Made by a program: the position numbers and the translations under genes. From assembly GCF_006345805.1 (NCBI RefSeq), contig NC_043004.1, positions 12,524,001 to 12,588,000 on the forward strand: a stretch of 64,000 nt of DNA, read 5' to 3'. Positions 52,012 through 63,900 of this stretch are shown one piece after another. This DNA comes from Octopus sinensis. Its lineage: Eukaryota. Each line of letters begins with the position of its first letter. The stretch's first letter is position 1. The notes below the pieces were generated by a model. It searched no databases. It was not told where the DNA came from and worked only from the letters and a program-made list of their open reading frames with translations.

Positions 52012-52778
52012 CTTTATATATATATATATATAAACCGGTCAAGTGAATAAACATCTTTAAAATTGCATTTTCAAACCTTCTTTCATATTTATTTCCACTC
52101 GTGCGATACCTTACAATTTCACTTTGCTTTATATATTATATATTTATATATATATATATATATTATATATATTATATATATATATAATATTTTATATATA
52201 TATATATACACAGAGTGTTCGGACTAAACTTATCGCTTTGATGTATTGAACAATGAAGAGATTTGGAGAAGATAAAGATGGAAGATATAGTTGAGAAATG
52301 TTAGCTATGGGAGACTGGAAGTTACCTGGATATTGTGAAATAGAAACCTATATTACACTGATTCCAGTCGGCAGACAAGCTTTTGCCTGCTGCTCTCGCG
52401 TAGGTCTAAGCTTCCATACCCATCAGTGGGCAGCAGCAAAGCAGTTTTCAAAAATTCAACAATGAATACAACGTTCAATATAACAGTTTCCAACAACAAA
52501 ATTTAACTCACAATATCATCACCGCAACTCTGAAAAAACCAACACTCAACTACCGTCTCGGCGAAAATATCTACCTCGTCTTTCTTATCTAATAAACCTA
52601 AAGCGGGAGGGGAATTTTTGTAATTTGTTCTGTGTGTCTGTTCTTTGTTGGCAGGGAGTGGGTAGGTTTTATGTCTACAGGAGAATGGTGGGACGAAGAG
52701 GAAGTGGGTGTTGCCAATATAAACATACACACACGCACACACACACACATATCTATGCTCATATATATAACAAAAGAG

Positions 52779-53007
52779 GCGGCGAGCTGGCAGAAACGTT
52801 AGCACGCCGGGCGAAATGCGTAGCCGTATTTCGTCTGTCGTTACGCTCCGAGTTCAAATTCCGCCGAGGTCGACTTTGCTTTTCATCCTTTCGGGGTCGA
52901 TAAATTAAGTACCAGTTACGCACTGGGGTCGACGTAATCGACTTAATCCGTTTGTCTGTCCTTGTTTGTCCCCTCTGTGTTTAGCCCCTTGTGGGTAGTA
53001 AAGAAAT
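52779..53007 (+). mobile_element. tRNA-derived SINE, family B (near consensus)
   Basis: Full head, body and tail ...GTGGGTAGTAAAGAAATA. Confidence 0.9.
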
Positions 53008-53050
53008 ATATATAACAAAAGAGGAGGTGTGTTACCATGCAGGAAAAAAG

Positions 53051-53623
53051 ATATGCAAATGTGTTGTTGAAAATGCACGTAAATTTGGAAAACTTGTAAA
53101 TTTTTAAAATACATTTATTTACATATATCCTAAACTAGCTTCAACAATATTTTTTGCTTATCAATGGTAAAAGTTTAAAATTAGGAATTAGAAAAAAACA
53201 TCTTTAAACGTTTCAGTGTTGACAAATTTAAATGTTTCACTGTTGACAAATTAAAATATTCATAACATACAAATTTAGAAATGAATTAGGAGGACAGGTA
53301 TAGGAATTTCAATGTTGACAAGTTTAAATGTCCATAGCAGTCAATAATATTAAAACTGCACATCAATTTATTTGAATGTATAAAGCTATGAACTTGTCAA
53401 CATTGAAATTCCTGTACCTGTCCTCCTAATTTACAATTCTAAACTTGTCTGTTACGAACATTTTAATTTGTCAACATTGAAACTCTTAAAGATGTTTTTT
53501 CTAATTCATGATTTTAAACTTTTAATATTGATAAAAAAATATATTGTTGAATCTAGTTTGGCATATATGTAAATAAGTGTATTTTAAAAATTTACGTGCA
53601 TTTTCAATAACGAATTTGCATAT
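53051..53623. mobile_element. Foldback-type palindromic element (about 260-bp arms)
   Basis: ATATGCAAAT..TTGAAAATGCACGTAAATTT mirrors AAATTTACGTGCATTTTCAA..ATTTGCATAT; inner arms GGAGGACAGGTATAGGAATTTCAATGTTGACAAGTT and its reverse complement. Confidence 0.85.
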
Positions 53624-53654
53624 ATATATATGTAGATATGCATATATATTTTAT

Positions 53655-53704
<50 letters not shown>

Positions 53705-53724
53705 TATATATATATATATATATA

Positions 53725-53935
53725 TTCTCTTCTTGTTTTATTTATTTCCCTGTTTCAGTGACATGACTGCGGCCATGCCGGAGCACCACCTTGAAGGGTT
53801 TTTGTCGAACAATTCTACTTTTAAGTCTAGTGCTTATTCTATCGGTTTCTTCGCCGAAGAGCTAAGTTACGGGGACATAAACACTCCAACACCGGTTGTC
53901 AAGCGGTGATGGGGGACAAACACAGACACAAAGAC
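53725..53935 (-). mobile_element. SINE family A, 3' half
   Basis: Homology to the family A tail. Confidence 0.75.
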
Positions 53936-54210
53936 ACACACATACACACACACATTGCTCCGTCTTGGTTTTAAAATGTGTCTAGCCACCTTAATCATCA
54001 TACACGCGCGTGCGCGCGCGCACGCGCACACACATGCACACATCAAAACATATCTTTTCTTTACGGTCCCGCACAATGATATTTGGACGGTTGTGTTTTA
54101 ACTTGGTGGCTGTTTTAATTTGTATGTTCCACCAATATTCTTGTGATCCATTGGTCTCAATATAATCAATTTAGTCTGTAGGTATTTTCGCTTTTGTTAT
54201 CCTGTTCCAG

Positions 54211-54276
54211 ACTCTTCTGGCCACCATTCAAGCCTCATGGGAAAATTATATCCGGAAGAAACTCTCTCACAGTTGA
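54211..54276 (+). CDS. Candidate terminal exon (TLLATIQASWENYIRKKLSHS*)
   Basis: Acceptor TTTTCGCTTTTGTTATCCTGTTCCAG, phase-0 open frame to TGA. Confidence 0.3.
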   Translation, partial: TLLATIQASWENYIRKKLSHS

Positions 54277-54540
54277 CAGTTTTGTGGTTCATGGCTTTAG
54301 TTTTGGTCTTGCAAAGCCTAAATTTGTTATCTGTCAACGTTTTCTGTATGTATGCTGTATGTATGTATGTATGTCATTGTTCAGTTCTATTTCAAGATTT
54401 CTTAGCAATAGAAAAAGGACCAGTTTCTAACCTAGATCCATTCATTGGAATTTCAACATCAACATCAGGGTATTTTTATGTATATATGTATGTATGTATG
54501 TGCGCGTGTGTGTGTGTGTGTGTTTTGGTTTATGTATGTA

Positions 54541-55166
54541 TTCTCAGGCATATAGTTGCATATCTAGACATGCTCATATATATTTAAATGATAAACCTCT
54601 GGAAAGTTTTACATATTTTTACAGTTTTTACACATTTTTACAGTTCCAGTGATGGATTGGATCTGTAGCGTTCGAATTAGCTTTCTCCTTGTTTTGAGAG
54701 CCTAATTTCTCAAGATTGGCATTTAGGCAGTGTGTTACGTATCCCAGTACCCCAATAATTACAGGTATATACCTGAACTTGCCATATGGATAGAGTAACT
54801 GTAGATTTCTCAATAGTCCAGTGTAGATGTTCTATTTTTCAGTGATCTTCAGCTTTATGTTCACATCCGCTGGACAGCTAATTTCCACAACTGTACACAA
54901 TTTCTCTTTTCAATCCCAAATCATGATATCAGGTCTGTTGTTCATACATTTTATTGAGACAATGAGACATTCCACCAGTACTCCTTTTTATATTGAGTGG
55001 CTATAACTTCTACCATAGTGTCGGTTCTCATTTATTTATCCCCGGGGTTATCCTTCCGACGAATTTTATTATAGACTGTCTTAACTACAACGAAACGTCT
55101 CATCGATAGATAATACCGTGATAACATTTTCGGACAACTGCTTATGATGTGGGTCATATCTTCGAT
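54541..55166 (-). mobile_element. Restriction-like-endonuclease (R4/R2-group) non-LTR retrotransposon 3' end
   Basis: THIISSCPKM (CCHC end), NNRPDIMIWD, VVEISCPAD, IPVIIGVLG motifs, frameshifted; (CATA)n on both flanks. Confidence 0.8.
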
Positions 55167-55253
55167 CTATGTACGTACGTATGTATGTATGTATGTATGT
55201 ATGTATGTATGTTGTATGTATGTATGTTGTATGTATGTATGTATGTATGTATG

Positions 55254-55287
<34 letters not shown>

Positions 55288-56093
55288 TGTATGTGTGTAT
55301 GTATGTATGTATGTATGTATGTATGTATGTATGTATGTATGTGTGTGTGTGTATGTATGTATGTGTGTGTGTATGTATGTATGTATGTATGAACGTATCT
55401 GAGTTCAAACGTTATAAATATTTCGACTCAGAATAAATGAATACAAAGGAAGATACGACATCATAAATATTGAAGCAGCTGCTGTTTCTGGGCCATTAGT
55501 TGTCTTTGGGTTCCGTTTAGCTCCCACGTTTTGCAGAGCGAATGTAGCTTAATGCTAATAGACCATACTGCTCGGCTTAAGAACGGTTAAACTAATTTAC
55601 ATATAGCTATTAGTTTGGAAACTGCTGGCATTTCTCTTCACACCTTAGCTACAAGCTGCAGTCTTTAACACGGTTGGTACAAGTTATAATATGAATATTT
55701 TCGTTTTGAAATCGCTTTTAAATATCTCCGTTGCCGATTGTCGTTTTACGATAAACATTTTCACGAATCAAACAAATTCGTACGACTGACAATGACTCCA
55801 CCTGTTTGTAAAAGCAACCAAGGCGTTAGTTGATTAATTATTTAAAAATGTATATATTACCTCTTAAGTTAAAGAAAACATTCACGTGCATCAAAGAAAA
55901 TTAGCGGCAAGAAGAAAGGACGCTGGTAGCTTTGCCTCACACAATATCTCATTAGTGTTTCACGCAGACACCATATTGTTTTAGCGCCGTTTCCCAGTCG
56001 TCTCGAGCTGCAAACACCACTGGCTTCAAAAGCAATTAGTTGAAAAACAAATATAATTAGTAGATAACATTGCATTTTTTTGGAAATCCTTAC

Positions 56094-56118
56094 TTGTTCT
56101 GAAAAAGAAGTTGCAGGA
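56094..56118 (-). CDS. Candidate 25-nt micro-exon (xLQLLFQN)
   Basis: CTCTTACCAG acceptor and CAA|GTAAGG donor; phase-compatible with the exons at 60833 and 44048. Confidence 0.2.
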
Positions 56119-56292
56119 CTGGTAAGAGCAGTGCAAAATTTATTTTTAGTTTTAATGTTGAAGTAAGAGTAAAAAGTATGTATGCGGAAGAATGATGAAC
56201 TTTCTGGAAGTGGAGTGATAAGTACTCGCATATATACATACACGCATGCATACATACATATATATATATACATGCACATATATATTATATAT

Positions 56293-56390
<98 letters not shown>

Positions 56391-56522
56391 TATATACATA
56401 GACATTGATGCCCAAAGGGTGTCATGTAATGCTGAATAAGTGCTATAGATAGAGCATAGTTAAGTTCCAGGTTAGGTGTGATTATGCAAATAGGGGTTCA
56501 ACGTTGGTGATGTCAGCGTGTG

Positions 56523-56655
56523 TATATAAAATTTTTTTTTTCGTGATGAGATTAAAAAAAACCAAGTCTGTGTAGATTTTAGAACCTTTACATAAAAGTT
56601 CTAAAATCTATACACCCTTGATTTTTTATCTCATTACGGAAAAAACAATTATATA
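56523..56655. repeat. About 130-bp imperfect palindrome (hairpin MITE)
   Basis: TCGTGATGAGAT...GTGTAGATTTTAGAAC mirrors GTTCTAAAATCTATAC...ATCTCATTACGG. Confidence 0.8.
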
Positions 56656-57107
56656 TGTATATTGTATGTATGTATGTATGTATGTATGTATATATAATAT
56701 ATATAATATATAATATATATATATATATACTCGATAGGTATAAATTACATATATACTCTATGCCGGTTTATGTATGTGTGTATATGTATACAGACATACA
56801 TATACATACATATATATATACACACACACACGCACTCAAGTACATACTCACATACATAAAAGAAGATTATGGCTTCAACACAGACTAATTAATTAATGAA
56901 TTTGTATTAAAAATACATATTTCGAGCTACAACAATACCAATGACACCTACAGCATCAGAATTGACGACGAAGACAACAAAAACAACAAGAGGAACAATA
57001 ACAATGAACCAGATAGGAAATCTCGTGCGCAATACGTCTCGCTTTGCTAGAGATTGCTGGCTTGTCTAATAAGTCCACCTAAAAGCATACACCGTCATCT
57101 TAGATAT

Positions 57108-57527
57108 ACTCTCTTTTTAGTCTTTTACTTATTTTAGTCGTTTGACTGTGGCCATGCTGGAGCACCACCTTTAGTCGAACAAATCGACCCCCGGATTTAT
57201 TCTTAGTAAGCTTAGTACTTATTCTATCGGTCTTTTTAGCCGAACCGCTAAGTTACGGGGACGTAAACACACCAGCATCGGTTGTCAAGCGATGTTGGGA
57301 GGACAAACTCAGACACACAAACATACACACACACACATACACTCATATATATATACATATATACGACGGGCTTCTTTCAGTTTCCGTCTACCAAATCCAC
57401 TCACAAGGCTTTGGTCGGCCCGAGGCTATAGTAGAAGACACTTGCCCAAGGTGCCACATGGTGGGACTGAACCCGGAACGATGTGGTTCGTAATCAAGCT
57501 ACTTACCACACAGCCACTCCTACGCCT
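57108..57527 (-). mobile_element. tRNA-derived SINE, family A
   Basis: Reverse complement of family A. Confidence 0.9.
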
Positions 57528-57999
57528 ATATATATAGTATGCCTGGAAAAAAATACACGGTTATAGTATCAGCAGCACCTTTGATTGATCATCATTGACA
57601 ACGACATCAATACCATGAAGAAAAACAAGAATTTGTTTCCTACAAGCATCGATCTTCTAAATTTATTTCATTAAAATTTCACGTTGTCTTCCCTGTTTTC
57701 TACATATGATTGATAACATTTCTTTCTTGTCTTTGGATTTAAACAACAGAAACGTACATGTGCAAGCCTGAGGTGTCTTTAGATTGAACATGGTAACGAA
57801 TGCGGTATGTAGTTCGGATGCGACGTAAATACACTTCTTTAAAAGAAATATAGCCAACGGAATTGTCTCAGCATAGGTCGGACATTCAGCTGTGCGAATC
57901 GAATCAACTTTTCCGCTTGCCAGCGTTGACAATTATTTAATTTGCAGTGCTTAATTATCAGTAATAAGAAGTACATACTACGTCTTAATTTAAAGAAAA

Positions 58000-58789
58000 C
58001 ATCCTGGACATATTGATAACACGCACCAAATAAAGATTCAGGACATCCATATACTGCAAGCCGACCTTCACTGGACGATATCTTAACTTCAATTCCCACC
58101 ATCCATACAGTGTAAAGAGAGGGATTGCTCGGTACCTAAAACATCGAGCAAAGAATATAAGTAGCGATCGTGATACCCACCATGAAGAAATGATCAAGGT
58201 CAGTAACAATCTATTAAGCAACAACTACCCCAAAAAGATACTATCTACTCCAATTATGAAGAAAAGAGAGGATGAAACGAATAAGCCGTCTACGGTCTGT
58301 CAACCCTATGTGAAAGGCCTCTCCGAAAAGATACAAATTATATTCGGTTCATGTGACATCAGGACAGTATTCGAGCGTAATACAACACTTCGCAAAGATC
58401 TCCTTCTAGTAAAATCACCAATGGAAGAGAATATGACCAAAAACTGCATGTACTCCATCCTATGCAGCTGTGGTAAGTTATACAAAGGCGAAACATGCTG
58501 CTCCACTCAAAATTAGGGTAGAGGAACATCACAAAGCTGTGACACGAGGAGATATTGTTAAATCGGGTATAGCTGATTTATATAGAAAAATGGAGACCAC
58601 CTCCCCCTGTGGGATGAAGTTAAAATAATAGACAGAGAACACCACTGGAAAATACGAAAACTAAAAGAAGCTGCACATATGCTAGGACACAACAACCTCC
58701 TAAGCAGACCGAGTGCATATATGAATAGCATATGGGAGCCGGTAATAAGGAAGGATAGGAGAATATTAGCCCTAAAATTCACTCCATAA
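58000..58789 (+). pseudogene. Penelope-like element ORF 3' part (RT thumb plus GIY-YIG endonuclease)
   Basis: LDILITRT...SIY.KPTFTGRYLNFNSHHPYSVKRGI, PYVKGLSEKI, MYSILCSCGKLYKGET, RKLKEAAHM; frame ends with TAA at 58787-58789. Confidence 0.9.
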
Positions 58790-58797
58790 TTGCCCAC

Positions 58798-58870
58798 GGG
58801 CATATGGCGTAGTGGTTAAGAGCGAGGGCTACTAACCCTAAGTTCCGAGTTCGATTCCAGGTAGTGACAT
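58798..58870 (+). promoter_or_regulatory. tRNA-like Pol III internal promoter cassette
   Basis: A box TGGCGTAGTGG (58805-58815), anticodon-like arm AGGG-CTACTAA-CCCT, B box GAGTTCGATTCC (58848-58858). Confidence 0.75.
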
Positions 58871-58910
58871 AAATAATAATAATAAAAATAATAAAAATAA
58901 TAATAATAAT

Positions 58911-59450
58911 GCAATACCAGATAGTGGCTCTCATGGCTTCTGATCTTAACTGATTAGAAGTGTTATCATGTACATTGTTTTGTCTTGGTATAAAAGATGG
59001 GCTATAGCAAATATTCTGCTCAATACCACAGATTTGCTTGCCAGTTGTTTGGCCTTAACCAGTTGAGCATGTCCCTTAGTGGCTGACGATATGTGCATCT
59101 CTGATCACGAGCAGAAGTAGTGGGGGAGCATCATAACCATGTGTTGAAAGGAATTCTTAGAGGTTTGGATAATTCACCTTCGGAAACATGGGTGTTTCAT
59201 TCAACATCCTTAAACAACCCTTATTCAGGGACCTTTTGAGCGGAATGGGCTACTCGAAAATTCTAACTGGGCCCCATCTGCAAGGTCATGTGCTGTTTAT
59301 CTTGATATGAGATCACCATGTCGCACACATATGGTTGTGATGCATGTGCCTTGTGTACCCTTATCAGACGGGTAGTCCTGATGGGTATACTGGGCTTCGT
59401 ATATTTTACCCCAGTGTCACTTTGATGGCATGCACTGCTCTCTCACTCAA
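58911..59450 (+). mobile_element. Element E copy inside the (AAT)n linker
   Basis: Reverse complement of 9698-10253. Confidence 0.85.
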
Positions 59451-59532
59451 TAATAATAATAATAATAATGATGATGATAATAAAATCGAAAAAAACCTTA
59501 AGAATGAGAACCCAGGTTCGAAATTTCTCCAA

Positions 59533-59578
59533 GACACCTGATGAAGGCTGGAGGGTATATCAGCCGAAACGTTGTGTT
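59533..59578 (+). ncRNA. Hammerhead ribozyme variant (PLE dimer type)
   Basis: Stem I GACAC/GTGTT, core CTGATGA plus extra A, stem II GGCTG/CAGCC, GAAA, palindromic ACGT helix III. Confidence 0.7.
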
Positions 59579-60832
59579 AACAACAAACAAGATGAGGACA
59601 AGTATCCGTCAAATGTAAATAATGTAAATAATATCAGTAACAAGATCATTAGGAAAGTCCATGTTACTTTCGTTTTTGTGTTTTTTTATATTTGCGGTTT
59701 ACTACACGGACTTTCTTGCCCCCCCCCCCCCCCCAAAAAAAAACTCTGGTTGGTTTGCGAGATTATCAGAGATAATCCAAGACGATCTCAATAATTTCAG
59801 TTACATTTTTTCAAATCAATTTGTCACATTCTGACGAATTAAGACCAGATAGTATGAATTTGTATTTCTCGACTCTCTGCACCCTGATTTTAAATCACTT
59901 GGAGGTCAGCTTCTCCTTTCATTCTTTCAGGGTCGATAAAAAAATGTACCAAATCAGAGTTGTACATTGATGGAGCACTAAGGACGTCGAACTGGATCCC
60001 TTGCGGTATTTAGTCCGGCCGCCACAACCCATCATCTCGAAGTCTTTAGCGCATAACGCAACAGGTCCCGTGTATGAAAACAATACTATTCCCCTCTCCT
60101 TCCAGCGAATATTTTTTTATTGTTGCAAAATTTATTGCAGCAAAGGGAATTTGATATAAGATCTATTGCAACAAATGAACGTGCTCCCGTAAATTAATGT
60201 AAATTACTTCCTCCGGCCATTGTACGAGGCAGTGATACAAGTGGTCTTGACTTCGTTACACTAAAATCAAGTGAGCTGGATGATTCTTTTCGTACACATT
60301 CGCGCGCATGTCAACAATTGTTTTGAAAGTGCATTAGTAACTAGTAATTTGAGAGCCATGCCGCTTTTAAGAAGTTCCCTTCGCAAATCCAGTCTGGATT
60401 CTTAGGCAGATAACATTTTCAATAGTTTTCTTTTTATTTTTGCGGTTTACTATACGGACTTTCTTGCCTCGAAAACTCTGGTTGGTTTGCGAGATTATCA
60501 GCGATAATCCAAGATCATCTCAGTAATTTCAATCGTTCTTTCTTGTGCAATTAATCAATTTGTCTCGTTCTGACGAATTAATCTTGTTAGTGAAATTGGA
60601 CATACTACCGCAACTATATAGGAGCGTATCAGATGGACGACTTTATCATTAATTAAAGAGCTGCAGCCCTTTCTCTCTTTCTCTCAAACTCTCTCTCTCG
60701 CTCTCTCTCTCTCCTTCCCTCTCTATCTATCTCTATGTCTCGCTTTCTCTTTCTCTCTCTCTATCACACACACACACACACCGTGACTCTGATTCTGCCT
60801 GTGAATCATGTGTAGCATCCTCAGCCACTTAC

Positions 60833-60917
60833 ATGCCAATTCAATGAGTTGGTGGTTCAATTGATCGAACGAAGAATTCGGGATATGAGACATTTTGCCC
60901 CAGCCGTTTTGGCAGGG
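60833..60917 (-). CDS. Candidate host exon (PCQNGWGKMSHIPNSSFDQLNHQLIELA)
   Basis: Strong donor GCAT|GTAAGT, open frame with ATG at 60893; weak acceptor. Confidence 0.3.
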
Positions 60918-61634
60918 CTGTTATGGCGTTGCATATTTGGAGTTAATTATTCGACGCTGACTTATTTGACATTAGACGTTTTAATGTTTCTCTCGTTTTC
61001 ACGTTTCTCCTGTCTTAAACCTTCTCTCATTCTCTCTATATGTCTCTGTGTTTCTATTTGTCTACCTATTTCTCCCTCTCTGGTTGTGTGTGGAAACATC
61101 TAGTTATGTTTGTATGTATAAAGTTACTCTATTTCACACTCTCTCTTTCTCTAACTATATGTGTATAATTCTCTACGCGCCTACGTATATTTGCACATAA
61201 GTACGTGCGTGTGTATGTGTATGTTAGGGTGTTAAGGTGATGCACTGTCACCGAAAGACGCAACCTGCCTACTCAGCCACGCCAGATCATCGACAACGAA
61301 ACAGCCGCGCCAAGTCACCCAATTCCAGTCGAAATTATACTGTCAGCGTAAAACAGCTCGACGACACATTTTATAAAAGTCGTCAATATATAACCATGTA
61401 ACCAGCAGCGAGATGGAAAGACACACTGGATATATTTTTCGAAATGTACTAAATATGAAGAACATGATATACATAAAACAGCGTGCAGTACTTCGGCATA
61501 TATATATATATATATTATATAATATATATATCGCTCAGAGATTTAATATTGCCTATATACATACACACACACACACACACACATACATAGATACATAGGT
61601 ACATATATATTACATATATATATAAACATATATA

Positions 61635-61673
<39 letters not shown>

Positions 61674-62298
61674 TATATATATATGTATGTATGTAAATAT
61701 ATATTATATATAATATATATATATATCACTCAGAGTCTTAATATTGCCTATATACATACACACACACACACATATATATATGGATAGATAGATAGATACA
61801 TACATACAGACAGACAGACAGACATTCATACATACATATAGATACATGTATTTATATATACATATATATACACACATACACATACGCATACACACACACA
61901 CATATATACATATATATATATAATGGTATAATGTATGTACGTACATATACGGAAGTATATAATACAGATTTATTACTGAAAACACTTTGGTGCTCTTTCT
62001 CCTAACAAACTCGAGAGATTGGTATTGTGCGAACTATAAAACAATGGACATAGTTTTATGCAGTAGATAACATTATAGAACAATAATAGCGAGAAGCCTG
62101 TTTTTATGAATTCATGTATGAAATAGATTGGACTATGCACACAATTTGAATACATGCATACATATGTAGACATATATACATATATACATACACAGATATA
62201 TACATACATACATTATATATATTGAATGCATGTATGGATATATAAATAAGTGCATCAGTGTAAAAATGTTTGCATATATATGTAATGTAAATATATAA

Positions 62299-62343
<45 letters not shown>

Positions 62344-62411
62344 ATTATATATATATTATATATATATATATACATATATATATCCATACATACATACACA
62401 CATACATACAT

Positions 62412-62559
62412 GCATAGTGTGGTAAGTAGCTTGCTTACCAACCACATAAACCCGGGTTCAGTCCCACTGCGTGGCACCTTGGGCAAGTGTCTTATACCAC
62501 AGCTTGTGAGTGGATTTGGTAGATGGAAACTGAAAGTAGCCCGTCGTGTATACACACAC

Positions 62560-62622
<63 letters not shown>

Positions 62623-62842
62623 GTATATTTGCGTGTGTGTGTCTGTGTTTATCCCCCCATCATCACTTGACAACCGACGCTGGTGTGTTTACGTCACCGT
62701 AACTTAGCGGTTCGGTATAAGCGACCGATAAAATAAGCACTAAGCTCTCAAAGAATAAGTCCTGGGGTCAATTTGTTCGACTAAAGGCGGTGATCCAGCA
62801 TGGCCGCAGTCAAATGACTGAAACAAGTAAAAGAATTAAAGA
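62412..62842 (+). mobile_element. tRNA-derived SINE, family A
   Basis: Homologous to 1597-2048. Confidence 0.85.
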
Positions 62843-62859
62843 ATGAAAAAGAAATACAT

Positions 62860-62875
62860 ATATACGTACATGCAT

Positions 62876-62906
<31 letters not shown>

Positions 62907-63900
62907 CACACACACACACCGCACACACGCACACACGCACACGCACACACACACGCACACAGACATACATATATGCATACGTATACAGACAAAACATTAA
63001 CTTGACTATTTTCTTCCTGAATTGAAATTTTGTGTGTGTATATGTGTGTGTGTGCGTGTGTTTGTGTGCGTGTGTGTGTGTGTGAATCAGAAAGAGAGAG
63101 TGACTGAGAGGGAGAGAGAGAAAGAGAGAGTACGTATGTGCTCTCAGACACACACACACACACACACACACACATACGCAAACACTGCTACGAGATTTTT
63201 CTTCTTGCTCGTGTTTTTTTTCGGTAAAATTCGCCAATATTTATACTAGAACGTCCCTTAAAAGCTCTCTAAGGAACCCTTATTTCGCATCTGTTATCTA
63301 TTTCCCTGCCCCACCCCACCTTTGACCTTTGCCACCTTTTTAGTTTTCGTTTAAATCCCAGGCCTCGGGCATATATAAATAAACCAACTTACCTGTATTC
63401 CGCCTAACAAAAATATTCAAGCAATAATTACCTGCAGATTGCTTTCGCTCTCTCGGTCATTATATGTGCGTGTGTGTTTGGGGGGGGGGAGCACTAAACG
63501 TGTGTGTGTGTGTGTGTGACTGTGTCTCTGTGTGTATGTGTGATACATGGGCGCGAGTGTGTGTGGCTGTGTGTGTGTGTGCGTGTATGAGGGGGTCGTA
63601 TGTGTGCGTGCGTGTGCGTGTATCTGTGTGTGTGCGTGTATGTGTGTGTGCGCGTGTGTGTGTGCGTGTGTATGTGTGGGTGTGTATGTGTATGTAGGTG
63701 GGTGGGGTGGGTGTATGTGTGTGTATGCGTGTGTGAGGGGGCGTATGTGTGCGTGCATGTGCGTGCCTGTGCGTGTATGTGTGTGTACGTGTATGTGTGT
63801 GTGTGCGTGCGAGTGTGTATGTGTGTGTGTATGTGGGTGGGTGGGTGTGGCTGATGTGTGCGTATGCGTGTGTGTAGGATGTATGTGCGTGTGTGTTTTG
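62860..63900. repeat. (CA)/(TG)/(GA) compound and cryptic microsatellites
   Basis: Direct reading. Confidence 0.9.

Noticed and set aside
55869-56075. Secreted cysteine-containing peptide MQCYLLIIFVFQLIAFEASG...
   Set aside because: The hydrophobic stretch derives from T-rich sequence; no promoter, splice or homology support.
58798-58870. Functional tRNA gene
   Set aside because: The acceptor stem does not pair convincingly, there is no Pol III terminator directly after it, and it is embedded in a repeat. SINE heads elsewhere are rejected as tRNA genes for the same reasons.
60560-60610. Hammerhead at CTGACGA...GAAA
   Set aside because: Stem II is possible but I could not pair stems I and III.
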